A stretch of 64,000 bases of DNA from Lama guanicoe (Eukaryota), in the NCBI GenBank assembly GCA_013239625.1, contig MU053482.1, positions 1,959,168 to 2,023,167 of the forward strand, in the 5' to 3' direction. Made by a program: the position numbers and the translations under genes. Below are positions 1 to 55,611 of this stretch, piece after piece; position 1 is the stretch's first letter; each line of letters opens with the position of its first letter. Below the pieces are notes generated by a model. The model saw only the letters and a list, made by a program, of their open reading frames with translations, searched no databases and had not been told where the DNA came from.

Positions 1-327
1 GGATTGGTTTTCCATAGGGAAAAATATACACAGCATATACTAACAGCTATAGTACCCTAAGGGGAGCTGAGCAAAAGCCAGGCTTGGGAGAGTAGGGAAA
101 TGATTTGAAAGGATTCACTAATATATTCCTTCAACTGTGAAAGTCAGCCTAAACCCATGGTGAAACCTAAGACTTACACAGGAGGTTCTACTGGGAACAG
201 AAGTAGAGACAAAAGCCTTGTTGTTTCTGGAAGCCTATGAATCCAAACTAGCAACTGGCATTGCACACAGCATTAGATCAAAGAACAATACGTCAAAATT
301 CATGTTAGCATAGTTAATTACTTGTAC

Positions 328-1294
328 CTGTATTAGTCAGCTATTGCTGCTATGCTACTGAGTCTGGGTGGTCCCCAGGTCCCATGATTCACCAGGAGGA
401 TTTATAGAACTCAGCATATAGCTGTACTCATTGCTGTAATTTATTATAGTGAAAGATGCAGAGCCCAATTAGCAAAGGGAAAAGGCACTTGAGAAGTCCA
501 GTGGACGCCATGTTCAAGCTTCTAAGAGCCCTCTCCCAGGAGTCGCACAAGATGCACTTAACTACTCCAGCAACAAATTCTGACAACACATATGAAATGT
601 TGCTAAGCAGGGAAGCTCTTAGAGATGTAGCACAAGGGATTTATTTGAGCCAGTCATGTAGGCAGCCTCTACCTAGCACCTACTAAAATCCCTGACTCCC
701 AAGAGGAATGCAGGTGTTCAGTATAAACCATACTGTTTGCATGTCTAGGCACAATGAATCATTCTTATCAGTTAGTGGTAGCAACCGTCCCCAAATCTAA
801 GTTTCAGAAGCCAGCCAAGGGCCAACCTTGCAAGGAAAGCCTTTTTAAGGATAGCAGTTAGGCCTGCTATGTTAACTCTTTTCTGTACAACTACAGAACA
901 AGGAACTATAAAACTCACTATGTTATAACAACATTCATTGTTTCCGATTACTGTAGGGCTTGGCAGTGCTAAGCTAGACTTCAGGCTGGGTTGATTCCAG
1001 AAACTGTGGCTTCTGAAGGCATGTTCTTCTCATGGCAGGAGGCAGAAATGAAAGAGAGCAAGCCAAATCATGCAAACACTTCTAAGGTCTCTGCTTCCAC
1101 TACACCTCTTAACATTCCATTGGCGAAAGTCAGTTCAACAATATTGTTAGTCCAAACCTAAGACCAACAACAGTGAGATGAGAAAATGTCCATCTACTCT
1201 AATAGGAGAAAAATCACAAGGTAAAGGGTATGAATGTACAAATCCCTTACAGAGAGGGATTAAACCATTGGGAAAAATAATCCAATCAACCACA
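328..1294 (-). mobile_element. MaLR (MLT1-type) LTR interrupted by a MER21-like LTR
   Basis: Starts tgtattagtcagctattgctgc, ends aatccaatcaaccaca; MLT1-like internal motifs such as ttcttctcatggcag and acattccattggc. Confidence 0.65.
359..889. mobile_element. MER21-like solo LTR nested in MLT1
   Basis: TG...CA ends; aactcagcatatagctgtactc and ggcctgctatgttaactcttttctg motifs; flanks gctac/actac resemble a 5-bp TSD. Confidence 0.7.
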
Positions 1295-1469
1295 GAGCCC
1301 TAGGGGCCTCACCAAATTCAGAGGGCAAGTGAGGTTGGAAGCATCTCCGTATCACCTTCGAAAATGATATTCCTTAGTTTACTCCCATACGTATGTCTCA
1401 AAGCAGGCAGGAAAGAACATGGAATTTCAGCAATATTCCATGCAAGTTCTTTAGCAATATAACAATAAA

Positions 1470-1690
1470 AGTAATCACAGCTAACATTAATGAGCGCTTA
1501 CCTTAGTCAAGAGTGTCAGATGCATGATTTCATCCAGTCCTTGGTTGATGTTATTATCATTCCCATTTCAGAGATGAGGAAACAGAGGCCAAGAAACTTG
1601 CCCAAGATCATAAAGCTTGCAAGCGGTTAAGCCAGGATTTGAGTTCAGGCAGCCAGATCTGGAGCCTGTGCTTTTAACCAGTATGATATT
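1470..1690 (-). mobile_element. MIR SINE
   Basis: Core cccatttcagagatgaggaaacagaggcc...ttgcccaagatca...ggatttga. Confidence 0.8.
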
Positions 1691-3961
1691 TTATATAGAG
1701 TGCCTGGACACACATGCCAGACTGCAGTGCTTCCATACTGGAGCAGAAAAGTGTGCCAAAGTCATGGAAGCACCACCAAATTTACATGTGATTCATATGG
1801 GCTCAGGGAACTAAGATTCAATTTGCCAAGAAAAGAAAATTTTTATTCTACTCCACTAAAATACCAAGAAAACTTGACTTTTTCCTCATAGCAACAGGTC
1901 AATATACCACATAGTTCAACCGTTGAATTTCAATCTTATTTAAATTCAAACATTCCTTGTCTGAAGAAATGCTACATGAATATATTTCATTGATCAAAAT
2001 AACTTTTCAAAGTTTCTAAGCCACCATGCCTTTCTCCTTTCTAGACTACGTAAAGCATCTGCTACACGTACCATCTCCTGTGATACTGTAAAGGCCATGT
2101 TTTCAGTCAGGAAAAATGATCACAGAAATCTTCCATTTTCATTAGATAAGTATATTTAAGACTGTGTTCAATAAGTAATTTAACAACTAAGAAGTTTCTC
2201 CTTTATGAAGCAAGAATTCTAGAATGCAAATATACTTCTATCACATCCAGAGTTGCTAGTCTCTCCCTCCATGGTTATGGGGAGGTGCATTTTAATTACA
2301 GACATTCATTTCTTTGCAATTGTTTTCTGAGTTTAATGAATAATGAAAGTATTGTCATCTTATCAGAAATCACTAAGGACCTAACGTCAAAAGGCATGCT
2401 CCTGCAATAAGCAATCGTCTGCCAAGTGTCTCATTTGAAGATGAGTAAATGCTGCCGTAGGGGTTAAAGTCATGGGTCTGTCTGATAGAGTAGATGAAGA
2501 ACCCGCTGGAGAAAATTTAGAGGGTTACTAATAACACAAAACATTATCTAGATGTACCCAGTCAGTAAAACACAAGACATACAAGGTGAGAACATTTCTA
2601 TTTTCAAAAAATACAATTACCTACAACAGACTGAAGGTTGAAAATGAAAGGGAAAAAAAGGACGCTGCCAAATGCCAACTATTTGAAAACAAGTTTGAAA
2701 AAGCAAAGTGTGATACGTCAGTCCAAACACAGACAATGAGGAGATGCAGACTATTTTCCATAATGCCCAGGGCACTTAAAACTAAGGAACAGTCACTCAT
2801 GGAAAGAAGAAGGTGCTTAGTTTAAGTGTTTTTGTTTTTAACAAATCCTCACTTTCTCAACTAGTTTTCTGAGTGCTTTGCCATTTCTCTCTAACAAGTG
2901 TGATTATCCTGGCTTATGAGAAATACAAAATCAGGAGCTCTAAATGGATTTATGAGATTCTCCAGAAGAGAGAATAATGACACAATGGAAAGCAGGAACT
3001 GCCCGCGATTTCCATTCAAAGTAGTCAAATTTCAAATATTTTACTGGAAAAATAATCGTATATATTTCTTTAATTTAGGAGGTGTAAATTATTGATCACA
3101 TCAAACTGTCCATATAATCTAATTTTAACAGATACATTTTCCCATGGGAAATATTTCAACATTCATAGAATGATTTTTAATACAATTACAATTTCACTCT
3201 TAAGAATATTAGTTTCTCTGTGACTCCTGTGTGGATGCAAGACCAAACGGCCAGCCCTATCTTCAGTTATCACTTTAGACCTTTACACTTCATTTACTGT
3301 TAATGAAGATTCGAAAAAAAAAGAAGTCATTTCTTAACATAAACTCAACTTCAATATAATTAACAAAGTAGTATTTATTCATAAAAATCTGTGAAAAAAA
3401 AACCTTAATAATCATAAGAAGTCTTTCTTTTCAGGGGTAACACTGCTTGGAAAAATTCCCAAATAACGTAAGGTATTCCTCCCAAGGTATCACAGCCAAA
3501 ACTGAGTGTAGGGGAGTTCCTGAGAGGACATCCAGGGCATTCCGTCTTGCAGAAACTCCTGCTACAGCACTTAGAACAAGCAGCTTTCCAGAGTCTGCTT
3601 GAATACTTTCAGTGATTGTAAGGTGGGGTTTACTTTATCCATGTTCCAGCCTGTTCTACTGCAGGTGGAAAAGTTCCTGTTGATGAGTAGAAATCTATAT
3701 GCTTAAGTTTTCGATCCACTGGGTATAGTTCTGGCATCCCTAAACACCTCCAATGCCAGTGCTTCGGTTCCCTAATCGGAAGTAGTGAGAACAGCATGGC
3801 AAGTCCCATGACTCTGTGACTCTCAGAGGGAAGGGAGGAGTGGAGACGTGACAGAGCACTGGAAAAGGAGACCGAGGACAACCAAACATTTGGTTCACGT
3901 GGACACTTTACATCAGATTCAGTGACAAATATAAATATAATCCAAGAATACAAAAGATAAC

Positions 3962-4094
3962 GTGTGTTTGAATGCATAGATATGGATCTATGTTTGTGCA
4001 CCTGTGAGTATATAGTAGATGCATGTGTGTATAAATGTGTAGTGCATGTGTATGAGTGTGTGAGTATACGTACTTGTGTATATGTGTATATATA

Positions 4095-4126
<32 letters not shown>

Positions 4127-4137
4127 CACATACATAT
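3962..4137. repeat. Degenerate (TG/TA)n tract with a pure (TG)n core at about 4100-4125
   Basis: Seen directly. Confidence 0.9.
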
Positions 4138-4984
4138 AAAATGCCAAGTCAGCTAACAGGAAAAATTTCAAACTATGTTCAATGAAGAAATGCAAACATG
4201 GGTTTTTAGGACATTGTTTTTTAACAAGGATATAAAATACACACAGCTGCTAAGCACAGCAGGAGTTGTTAACAGACAAGAGAGGATGAAGGGAATTCAG
4301 TAAATTTATATTATGGTAAAAATATGGTTATTTCAAAATATTTGAATAAATGTTACCTTATTATCTAGACACTTGCTATCAAGTAGGTGAAGAAGAAGTT
4401 CCCCTTGAGTAAGTCAAAATCACCCAGATCAGTCTGTCAGGTCTCTTTCTGCAAGTTTCTGACAGGATTCTGAGCACGGAAGGTGGGCCAGCCACACTGC
4501 ACCTTCCAGGGTGCGGTTCAGGACTGACCCGCAGTCCCTCTCTCTGCTCTGCCCGTCGCTAGGTCTCAGGGAACTGAAAAGCAGCAACCCCTCAACAAAG
4601 AGCCTACCAGCCTGGAGGGAAACACAGCCCCCCACTGGCAGAATGTACAATCATTAAAGAGCTAAAATATGTTGATTAGGTTTCAAGACAAGAAAGAGCA
4701 CAAACATACAGAAAAATTTTCTACAAACACAGAAACAAGAAAATAGGGTTTGGGTAAATTGTCAGGATATCGAGTGAGTAGAACACAGTCCAGAATTAAT
4801 CAAAATGTTACTGAATTGTATTCACCAAAAGAACAAAACGAATTAGGTAAAATGATAAACCTACATAACAGTTTATCATAAAATCAGAAAAAATTAACTG
4901 GATAATTTAATAAGTTTTTTTCTAAGTAATACCTAAACCAATTCCAAATTGTGTGCCCTGGTAAAACACAAAAACTATCCATTT

Positions 4985-5188
4985 TGATCCATGGGCCAAA
5001 TCTGGCAAACCACTTGTTTTTTGTAAGTAGTTTTGTTGGAACATGGCTATGCTCATTCATTTGTTGTCTGTGTCTATTTTTATGCTATAACATCAGAGTT
5101 GAGAAGTTGTGACATAGCCTATTACGGCCCACAAAGCCTAAAATATTTACTGTCTGTTCCTTTACAGGAAAAGTTTGCAGACCCTTGT
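4985..5188. mobile_element. MER58A-like hAT-Charlie DNA transposon
   Basis: gggccaaatctggc...ccacaaagcctaaaatatttact...aaaagtttgcagaccc. Confidence 0.8.
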
Positions 5189-5283
5189 CCTGTACATATA
5201 TATATAATCACGGATCTTAAAATACGCATGTAGGCCACATCGTTAAACCATGATAGTTTCAAGGAAGGAAAGAACTTTACTTT

Positions 5284-5761
5284 CTTTTTTTAAAATTTCT
5301 ATGTTTGTGCAGTTTGTTTTTTTAATTTTTAATTTTTTTATTGAAGTATAGTTGATTTACAATGTTCCAAGTGTACACCAAAGTGATTCAGTTTTATATA
5401 TATATACACACACACACATGTGTATTCTTTTTTTATTGGGTTATAGTCATTTTACAATGTTGTGTCAAATTCCAGTGTAGAGCACAATTTTTCAGTTATA
5501 CATGAACATACATATATTCATTGTCACTTTTTTTTTGCTGTGGGCTACCACAAGATCAGATTCTTTTCCATTAGAGGTTACTATAATATACTGAATATAG
5601 TTCCCTGTGCTATACAGTAAGTCCTTGTTGTTTATCTATTTTTATATACAGTGTTATGTACCTATTAATCCCAAATTCCAAATTTATCCCTCCCTCACTC
5701 TCCCTTTTGGTAAACATAAGTTTGTTTTCCATGTCTGTGAGTCTATTTCTGGTTTGTAAAC
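5284..5761 (-). mobile_element. L1 3' end with a nested younger L1 3' fragment (about 5428-5557)
   Basis: 15-bp TSD aaagaactttacttt (5269-5283, 5762-5776). The inner piece resembles the reverse complement of the 42350-42480 tail of the young L1. Confidence 0.85.
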
Positions 5762-5810
5762 AAAGAACTTTACTTTTTTTTCTATCATGTAGGTCCGTTG
5801 TTATAAACCA

Positions 5811-48753
<42,943 letters not shown>

Positions 48754-49080
48754 TTGCTTAACTGTGCACCAAAAGCAACTTGAAAGAAAGAGGCTTTTAC
48801 TGTTTGAAGAAAAGAACTGGCCCAAAAAGGATAAGGTAAGCTGATGGTGAAAACTGTAACTTCCAAGTGGTGAGGTCCTTGGGTTAATGATGCACTAGAC
48901 TTACAGTCATACATGAGAGCTGCAGGAAGAAAAGAAATCACCATTTAGAAAATTCTTTCTTATCCTATCACTCTCTTAGAAATCAAAGAAAAACTAGCAA
49001 CTAGCACCCAAAGCATCCTGCCAATACTGAAATGTTAATATTTACAATAAAATTAGAACATAGTTTTAAAAAAACAACAC

Positions 49081-49170
49081 ATTGTCATCTTCCAAAATTG
49101 AATTCTTGAACTCTAGACATTTTATTTATTTAACAATCCAAAGAATCATTCTCTGTTCGGAACCATAAAA
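49081..49170 (-). other. Possible short STK33 5' UTR exon with weak donor
   Basis: Tandem ttccagcag| acceptor; weak donor AAT|gtgttg. Confidence 0.25.
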
Positions 49171-49828
49171 CTGCTGGAAAGCATGGTTTAAGGAAATCAA
49201 CTCGGTGGGTTGGTTATCACTTTTTTAATGAAGTAGAGTAGAATAGATAATATCTGAGTATATTGCATAGATCCTTGGTCAGTTCAGTGAAACTTTAAAA
49301 ATATATGCAGATACATATGTACAGAAAGTGTGTGTGTGTACTTGGTCACAGTATAATGTGAAGTTCTTACTGTGTGTTGTAGTAAAAAAAAAAAAGGCTT
49401 AAAAATACTGATATAAAACATCCATTATTGTGATTTCAAAAGTTAAGCCTTAGTCTACTTATTATTAGAGCAAATCCATATTGTATGCTTCACAAAAGAG
49501 TAGATAATTGTATTTTATAAAACTATCTAATTCTGAAAGCTCAAAGGCAATATTAGAAGTATCCTCATTTTTATTCTCAAATAGAAAAATAGGAACTAGT
49601 GGGTGCTATTTCTTCCTGTGTGTAGAACAAGCACACCCAGCACTCTACCCAACTAGAGCTATTGTAGCTGTATGGTGGCAAGGTAGAGAGACATGAGCTG
49701 AGGAAGGAGGGAGAATATGTTCTGCAGCACATGAAAGAGAATACTTTGAGAAACTTCCAGAAGTAACTGAGAGTACGTTATTCTGGTTTTGTACCATCCT
49801 ACTACAGATATTATTTAAAAACGTATTT

Positions 49829-50388
49829 TGTGGAAACAATCTAAATGTCCATCGACAGATGACTGGATAAAGCAGCTGTGGTATATTTATACAATGGAAT
49901 ACTACTCAGACATAAAAAAGAATAAAATAATGCCATTTGCAGCAATATGGATGGATCTGGAGATCACCATTCTAAGTGAAGTCAGTCAGACAGAGAAAGA
50001 AAAATACCATATGATACACTCATATGTGGAATCTAAAAAAGGAAAAGAAAAAAGACACTAATGAACTTATATACAAAACAGAAACAGACTCACAGGCACA
50101 GTGAACAACCTTACGGTTACCAACAGGGAAATGGGGTGTGAAGGGATACATTGGGAGTTCAAGATTTGCAAATACTAACTACTATATATAAAATAGATAA
50201 ACAATAAGTTTATCCTGTACAGCACAGAGAACTATATTCAGTATCTTGCAGTAACCTATAATGAAAAAGAATATGAAAACAAAAAAAGAATATGAAAAGG
50301 AATATATGTACGTATATGTATGACTGAAACATTATGCTGTACACCAGAGACTAACACATTGTAACTGACTATACTTCAATTTAAAAAA
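49829..50388 (+). mobile_element. L1 3' end (ORF2 tail and 3'UTR)
   Basis: WKQSKCPSTDDWIK...YHMI; flanks ttaaaaacgtatttt / ttaaaaaagtgtatttt. Confidence 0.92.
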
Positions 50389-50509
50389 GTGTATTTTATA
50401 GTCACAAACTGATAAAGCTGGGGGTATACGGAATATATCTTTGTCCTCTGAACTGGAATAAACCTGACCAGAACAGGAGGTAGGTGTCTTTATTTCATTA
50501 AAGAAATAT

Positions 50510-51780
50510 CCTTCCAATTTTCCTGCCTAAGACTGGTTTTCTAATCAGAAATGAGGGCTGACTTTTATCGAATGTTTATATATTGTGATTATTCTATTTT
50601 TTCTTATTGGATCTTTTGATATGCTGTATTATATTAAAAGCTTTCCTAATATTAAGCATTCTCACATTTATAGTATGAGTCCTACGTGATCATGATGGAT
50701 GATTCTTTCAGTGTGCTGAAAAATGGACATGCTTGTATTTTGATTTTTCACAGTTATATTCATAAGTTCAACTGGTCTATAATTTTCCTTTTCACTCATC
50801 TTTGTCAGGTTTTGATACAAGATTCTGGCAGCCTCATAAAATAAATTGGGTATCTTTCCATCTTGCAATGCTTGGTAATAATCTGTATAACATGGGAATC
50901 TACAAGAAAATCTCCCATGCCCATAGGAGTTTATGAAAGATATTGCTAGTAGTTAACCAATATTCATTTTCCCATTCTTCCTTATTAACAGAATCCTGAT
51001 TTTTGCCTGGAGCAGCAACATGCTAATTAAAATCCTCCCTTTCCCAGCATCCCTTGTAGCTTGGGGATGGTCTCGTGGCTGATGATCATGAACCTTATAG
51101 ATGCAAGCAAAGCTGTACTTACAAGAAAATTTATATTCTTAAACGTTTATCAAGGAAAGGATAAAAATATACTACATGAGCAGTCAAATCAAAATGAGAT
51201 AAAAACATGGTTAAGGAACAAAATTTAAGATGAACAGAAATGAAAAAAGATGTAGGTTTTGTTGAATTTTGACTACAAAGCCCCAGATAAACTGGCCCCT
51301 CACTACTCTCAGATTTCATATCTTACCAGTCTCACCCTTGCTCTTGATACACTGGTCTCCTTTGCTGTTCCTTGAATATGCCAAGCATACCCCCTTCTCA
51401 TGGCTCTGGCCCTTCTGCTTCCTCTCTAAAATATCTGCATGGTTTGCTCCCTCACTTCATGATGATTTCTGCTCTTTTGAGTGACCTCTTCTAACCACTT
51501 CATCTGAACCAGCAGGCCCACTGACTCTGTCTCCTTACTTTGCTTTATTTTTATTCATAGCATTTTATCATTTCACTCAGAAGTTCTACACCAGAGTTCT
51601 TTCCTACTTTTAAGGAACAGAAAAATCCCATATATGTAAATTGTTTCAGAGCAATGAAAGCCATCCAATTCATTTCAGTCAGTTAGAATAACCAAAATCA
51701 GATCATGGCAGTGTTCTCAAAAAGGGAGTTCTTGCAGGCCAATCTCATTTGTGAATTGACGCAAAAATCCTAAATGCTGT
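50510..51780. mobile_element. Cluster of old repeats (L1M minus, MLT1, L2, L1M plus)
   Basis: Degenerate L1 RT peptide PNLFYEAARIL...YRPV; MLT1-like ttcccagcatcccttgtagc; L2-like ctgttccttgaatatgccaagc. Confidence 0.55.
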
Positions 51781-52435
51781 ACTTGTATTTATCCCTGGTA
51801 ATATGTACAGCATATTCTAAAGTTATTAGATAGAAATCATAGACAAGTCAGCCCAGTAAGTATGACCTTTCATCAAAGTAGTATGAAAAAACTCCTGCTG
51901 TGATTAAAACTCATAATAGTAAGCACTGGTAAAGGTGCATAAAGAGCACCCTCCAGACAGGTAGAGGGAAAAAAGAATGCAACTGATGACAACTGATGAC
52001 ACACACACACACACATTCTTAAAAACACTTGACCTTATTTTTCAAGTATATGTAGCAAGATAAAGAAAACTCAGAATGTACCTGTCTACACTTTGCAAAA
52101 TGACTCAACTTAGGCATTGGAAGAACATACTTTGCATTTCAGGTTAAATATAAAACCTGTAACCATCAATGACTCAGAGCAGTAGAGTAGATCTGCCAAA
52201 AACAGCCTTTCAGTTTACAGAAAATAGTGCTCCCTCTCCACAGGTGTAGAAAAGTCCCATGGCAGATGTGTAAGGCAGCATTTTATGCACACATCAGGAA
52301 TACTGATTTTATAGTACTTTTTATAAGAAACTGAAAGAAGTGTTCCTAATGTAAAGGTTTATTTAAAATGTAACTGTGTTCCTTCATTATGAACAGTACT
52401 CCTAAAGCACACTTACCAAATCCCTCAGGTTTTAC

Positions 52436-52438
<3 letters not shown>

Positions 52439-52468
<30 letters not shown>
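52439..52468. repeat. (AC)15 microsatellite
   Basis: Seen directly. Confidence 0.95.
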
Positions 52469-52470
<2 letters not shown>

Positions 52471-52645
52471 TCCACAAACTTTCAATAGAATCTTTAAATA
52501 TTACATATCCCATTTTTAAGACAGATTTTTTTTCCTGTGGATTGAAAAATAGTTATCTTTTTCTTAGCTCTATTCGAAAACATCTCCTTTAGTTTTTCCC
52601 TCATTTCTCAACAAATTGTATGATCACAATATCACTGACACTGAC

Positions 52646-52830
52646 ATAGGCTTCCAGGTCCTTTCTCGCTCCAGTTTCTGACATATCTGTTACCCTGGAC
52701 GTATCTGGTAGCTATGTTCAGAAAGCAGAGGAGATCCTGTTACTCCCTGACGAGCTTCAATTCTGCTCTCCAACTTATACCGACTACTGCCTTTGCCAAA
52801 GCGACGTTCTACTTTCCTACCCCAGCAATT
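52646..52830 (-). other. Candidate STK33 5' UTR exon
   Basis: Non-repeat, GC/CpG-richer block bounded by cctattgttttag| and TAT|gtcagt (alternative donor AGG|gtaaca near 52692). Confidence 0.45.
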
Positions 52831-53982
52831 CTAAAACAATAGGTTGGATAGCTTCATGCAAAATTTCTTGACAAGAATTGGATTTCAAATTTAATTTCTT
52901 TTTGGCTGGCTGAATTCTAATTATTTTAGCTTAAAAATCAAAATAGAACAAATGTTTACTCAGAAACAATTACTTCTTTCTCATTTATGTATTGATCTGA
53001 AAGAGTTGCTACTAAAATAAATCTCCTGCCTAGCAGGACAAATGATGTCATTCATATTTTAGGGTCAAAAAATGAATCAGGTATTGCAAACCTAACATAT
53101 CTTTATGTAAATACAAAGACAAATGGCTCTTCTATAGAATCAAAGAATTATGTTTAAATAGGACTTTCGATATAAAGATATATTAGAAAACCAAAGAAAT
53201 TTCTAATGTTACAGTGTTTCTTTGTGTCTACAAAGACTAGACATGTATGGGTATTAAACATAATGTAAACAAATAAAAAAAGGTCAAATCACGTCAGTGT
53301 TTAATTAACGTGAGCTTTCCTTTGGCTAAAGGTTTTCTCTTTTTTGGGGGGGGGAATAAGACAAGTCAATGGAACAACTCTGATATGGAAACTCTCTGAG
53401 CTTTTATTTAAGCATAAAAAGGTCTCTTCCATATTGGCCCTAGCAGATACACTTACAGTAATTTCCTGAAGAAAATGAACACAAGAATGGTTTTATGAGA
53501 TGTAACTATCTACAATTTTCATCCTCCAAAGCAATTTTTTAGTTTTCTTTGCTAAGACTATGTCTACAAGGAACCTAACAGTCGATTCAGTTAAAAAAAA
53601 AAAGTGTTCTATTCAAGTGAAGGAAAAAAACTGGATTGTCTGACATTACGCAGACCAAGCGAATTGACTGTACATTCACCTTTCAACTACTTATTTTCAT
53701 AACATGCATACAGAACCTAAGGAGGGGCCAGCTGGGCTTTCTAGATCATAGTGTTGCTATATTTTAAATGAGACCAGCACTTGTTTACTATTTCCATTCA
53801 GGTCATGATTAAAGAAATCAGTCTGTGCTGTCTTATAAAAGGATTTAGAGTATACTTAAATTTTGCATTACTTGAGACACATAAAAAGTGTTTAACAGCT
53901 AATGTATGCTATTAGTTTTTTAATTTTAATGTGTATAATAATATTCCTCACTCATTAAGCTGTAATCTGGAGGGACAGTCTT

Positions 53983-54078
53983 TTTTTTTAAATTCTTATC
54001 TTTTTATTGAAGTGTCATAGATTTACAATGTTAGTTTCAGGTGTACAGCAAAGCAATTCAGTTATACATATACATACA

Positions 54079-54109
<31 letters not shown>

Positions 54110-54243
54110 TTTTTGTCAGTTTCTTTTCCATTACGGCTCATTATAAGAAACTGAATATATAGCTCCCTGTGCTGTAAGCATCCTTGCTGCTTATCCACTT
54201 TACATATAGTCATATGTACCCATCAATCCCAAACTCCCAGTCT
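53983..54243 (-). mobile_element. Short L1 3'-end insertion with an internal (TACA)n array
   Basis: 18-bp TSD atctggag(g/a)gacagtctt (53965-53982, 54244-54261). Confidence 0.9.
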
Positions 54244-55336
54244 ATCTGGAGAGACAGTCTTAAATGTGGTCCCCATGCTGACTGTTTAAGGTAAGAACAG
54301 ATTTTACCAAGAAAGTTTGGCTTAAAGAGGCTGGAGACCCTCTCCCGGATTCTTTCCTGTTGTTATCCACTGTCTTTTCTCCATGTACGTTACAAGCAAC
54401 CTGAAGCCAGGGACTTTTATGTAGGCACAGACTAGTCCTTGAACGTGATACACACTCAAAGAAAATTTGTTAGTGTTCATTTTGTGGGAAAGAGCCAGAA
54501 TCACGTATCACTTAGGCAGAAAGATAGGCAGGTATATAGAAGAGTCTTCAAAGAAAGGAGGGTTCATGTGTGATTCAGAGAGTGCGTGCCAATTTCAATC
54601 TAATACAAAGGCTTCCTAACATTTAGAGCTGTCAAACTTGAAAGGAAAGACCATCTCCATCACCAGAAGTATCCAAGTAGAGAATGGAAGGTCAGCTGGC
54701 AGGAAACCACACAAGACATTTAAGCACAGACTAGGATGCCTTGAGGTTCCTTCTAACCTTAAAAGTCTACAAAGATGAATCACTCCTTCTAATGATCAAC
54801 TGAGGTGTAGCAGACATTTAAAGGAACCAAAGTGGCAGCTGACCTCACCTCTGCTGTGGAGGTTTCAGTATTATCTTGGGGGTCCTGCTTTCCTACCACA
54901 GACCAGGCCAAACTAGTTACAGCCTCCAAACTCACCCCAGCCCATCTGAATGTCTCCTTTAAGGAGCAGCACTGCTAGGCTTTACCATGGGGGATGGGGT
55001 GATAGTGAGGAGGAGGAAGGGGTGAGCTGGATGGAAGGCTGGATGTGCTAAGGAGTGGTGGCCTGCTGGCTAGAGAAGAAAAAGCTGAATAAAGTGTAGA
55101 GGAAAAGATACTTTAGTAAACAAAAATAAGTCTACCTTCCCACTCATGAAATCAGAGAATAAGAGGTGAAGAGTGAGCAAATGGGCCCACATGTAGCTAA
55201 GGGAGCCAAAAATACAAGGTTGCCAAGAGAGTCCAGAAGAGAAGCAGAACCACACTGAGGACTGTGGCAGGAACACTCAGCTGTGCTCCACTCAGGACAC
55301 TTAAAAGAAAATCGTCTTCTTGTACTCAGAAATCTT

Positions 55337-55611
55337 CTTTTCCAGCTTTACTGAGGTATAACTTACAAACAAAATTGTTAAGATATTTAAAATGTACATG
55401 ATAATTCAATAACTGTATACAATGTGAAAAGATTCCCCTCCATTGAATTAACACATCCACCACCTCACATATTAGACACAAACTTCAGTCGTAAGATGAA
55501 AAAGGTCTGCAGAGCTAATGTATAACATGGTCACTACTGTTGATGACACTATACTTATTACATAATTGAAATTTTCTAAGAGACTAGAACTTAAATGTTC
55601 TCACACACAAA
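55337..55611 (-). mobile_element. L1MA-like 3' end with a 5' inversion
   Basis: 55337-55473 is minus, 55474-55611 is plus; flanks agaaatctt / aggaatctt. Confidence 0.8.

Noticed and set aside
3630..4195. ORFs of 123, 95 and 73 aa; possible terminal STK33 exon near 3680
   Set aside because: Largely caused by the TG microsatellite, with no convincing similarity to an STK33 C-terminus.
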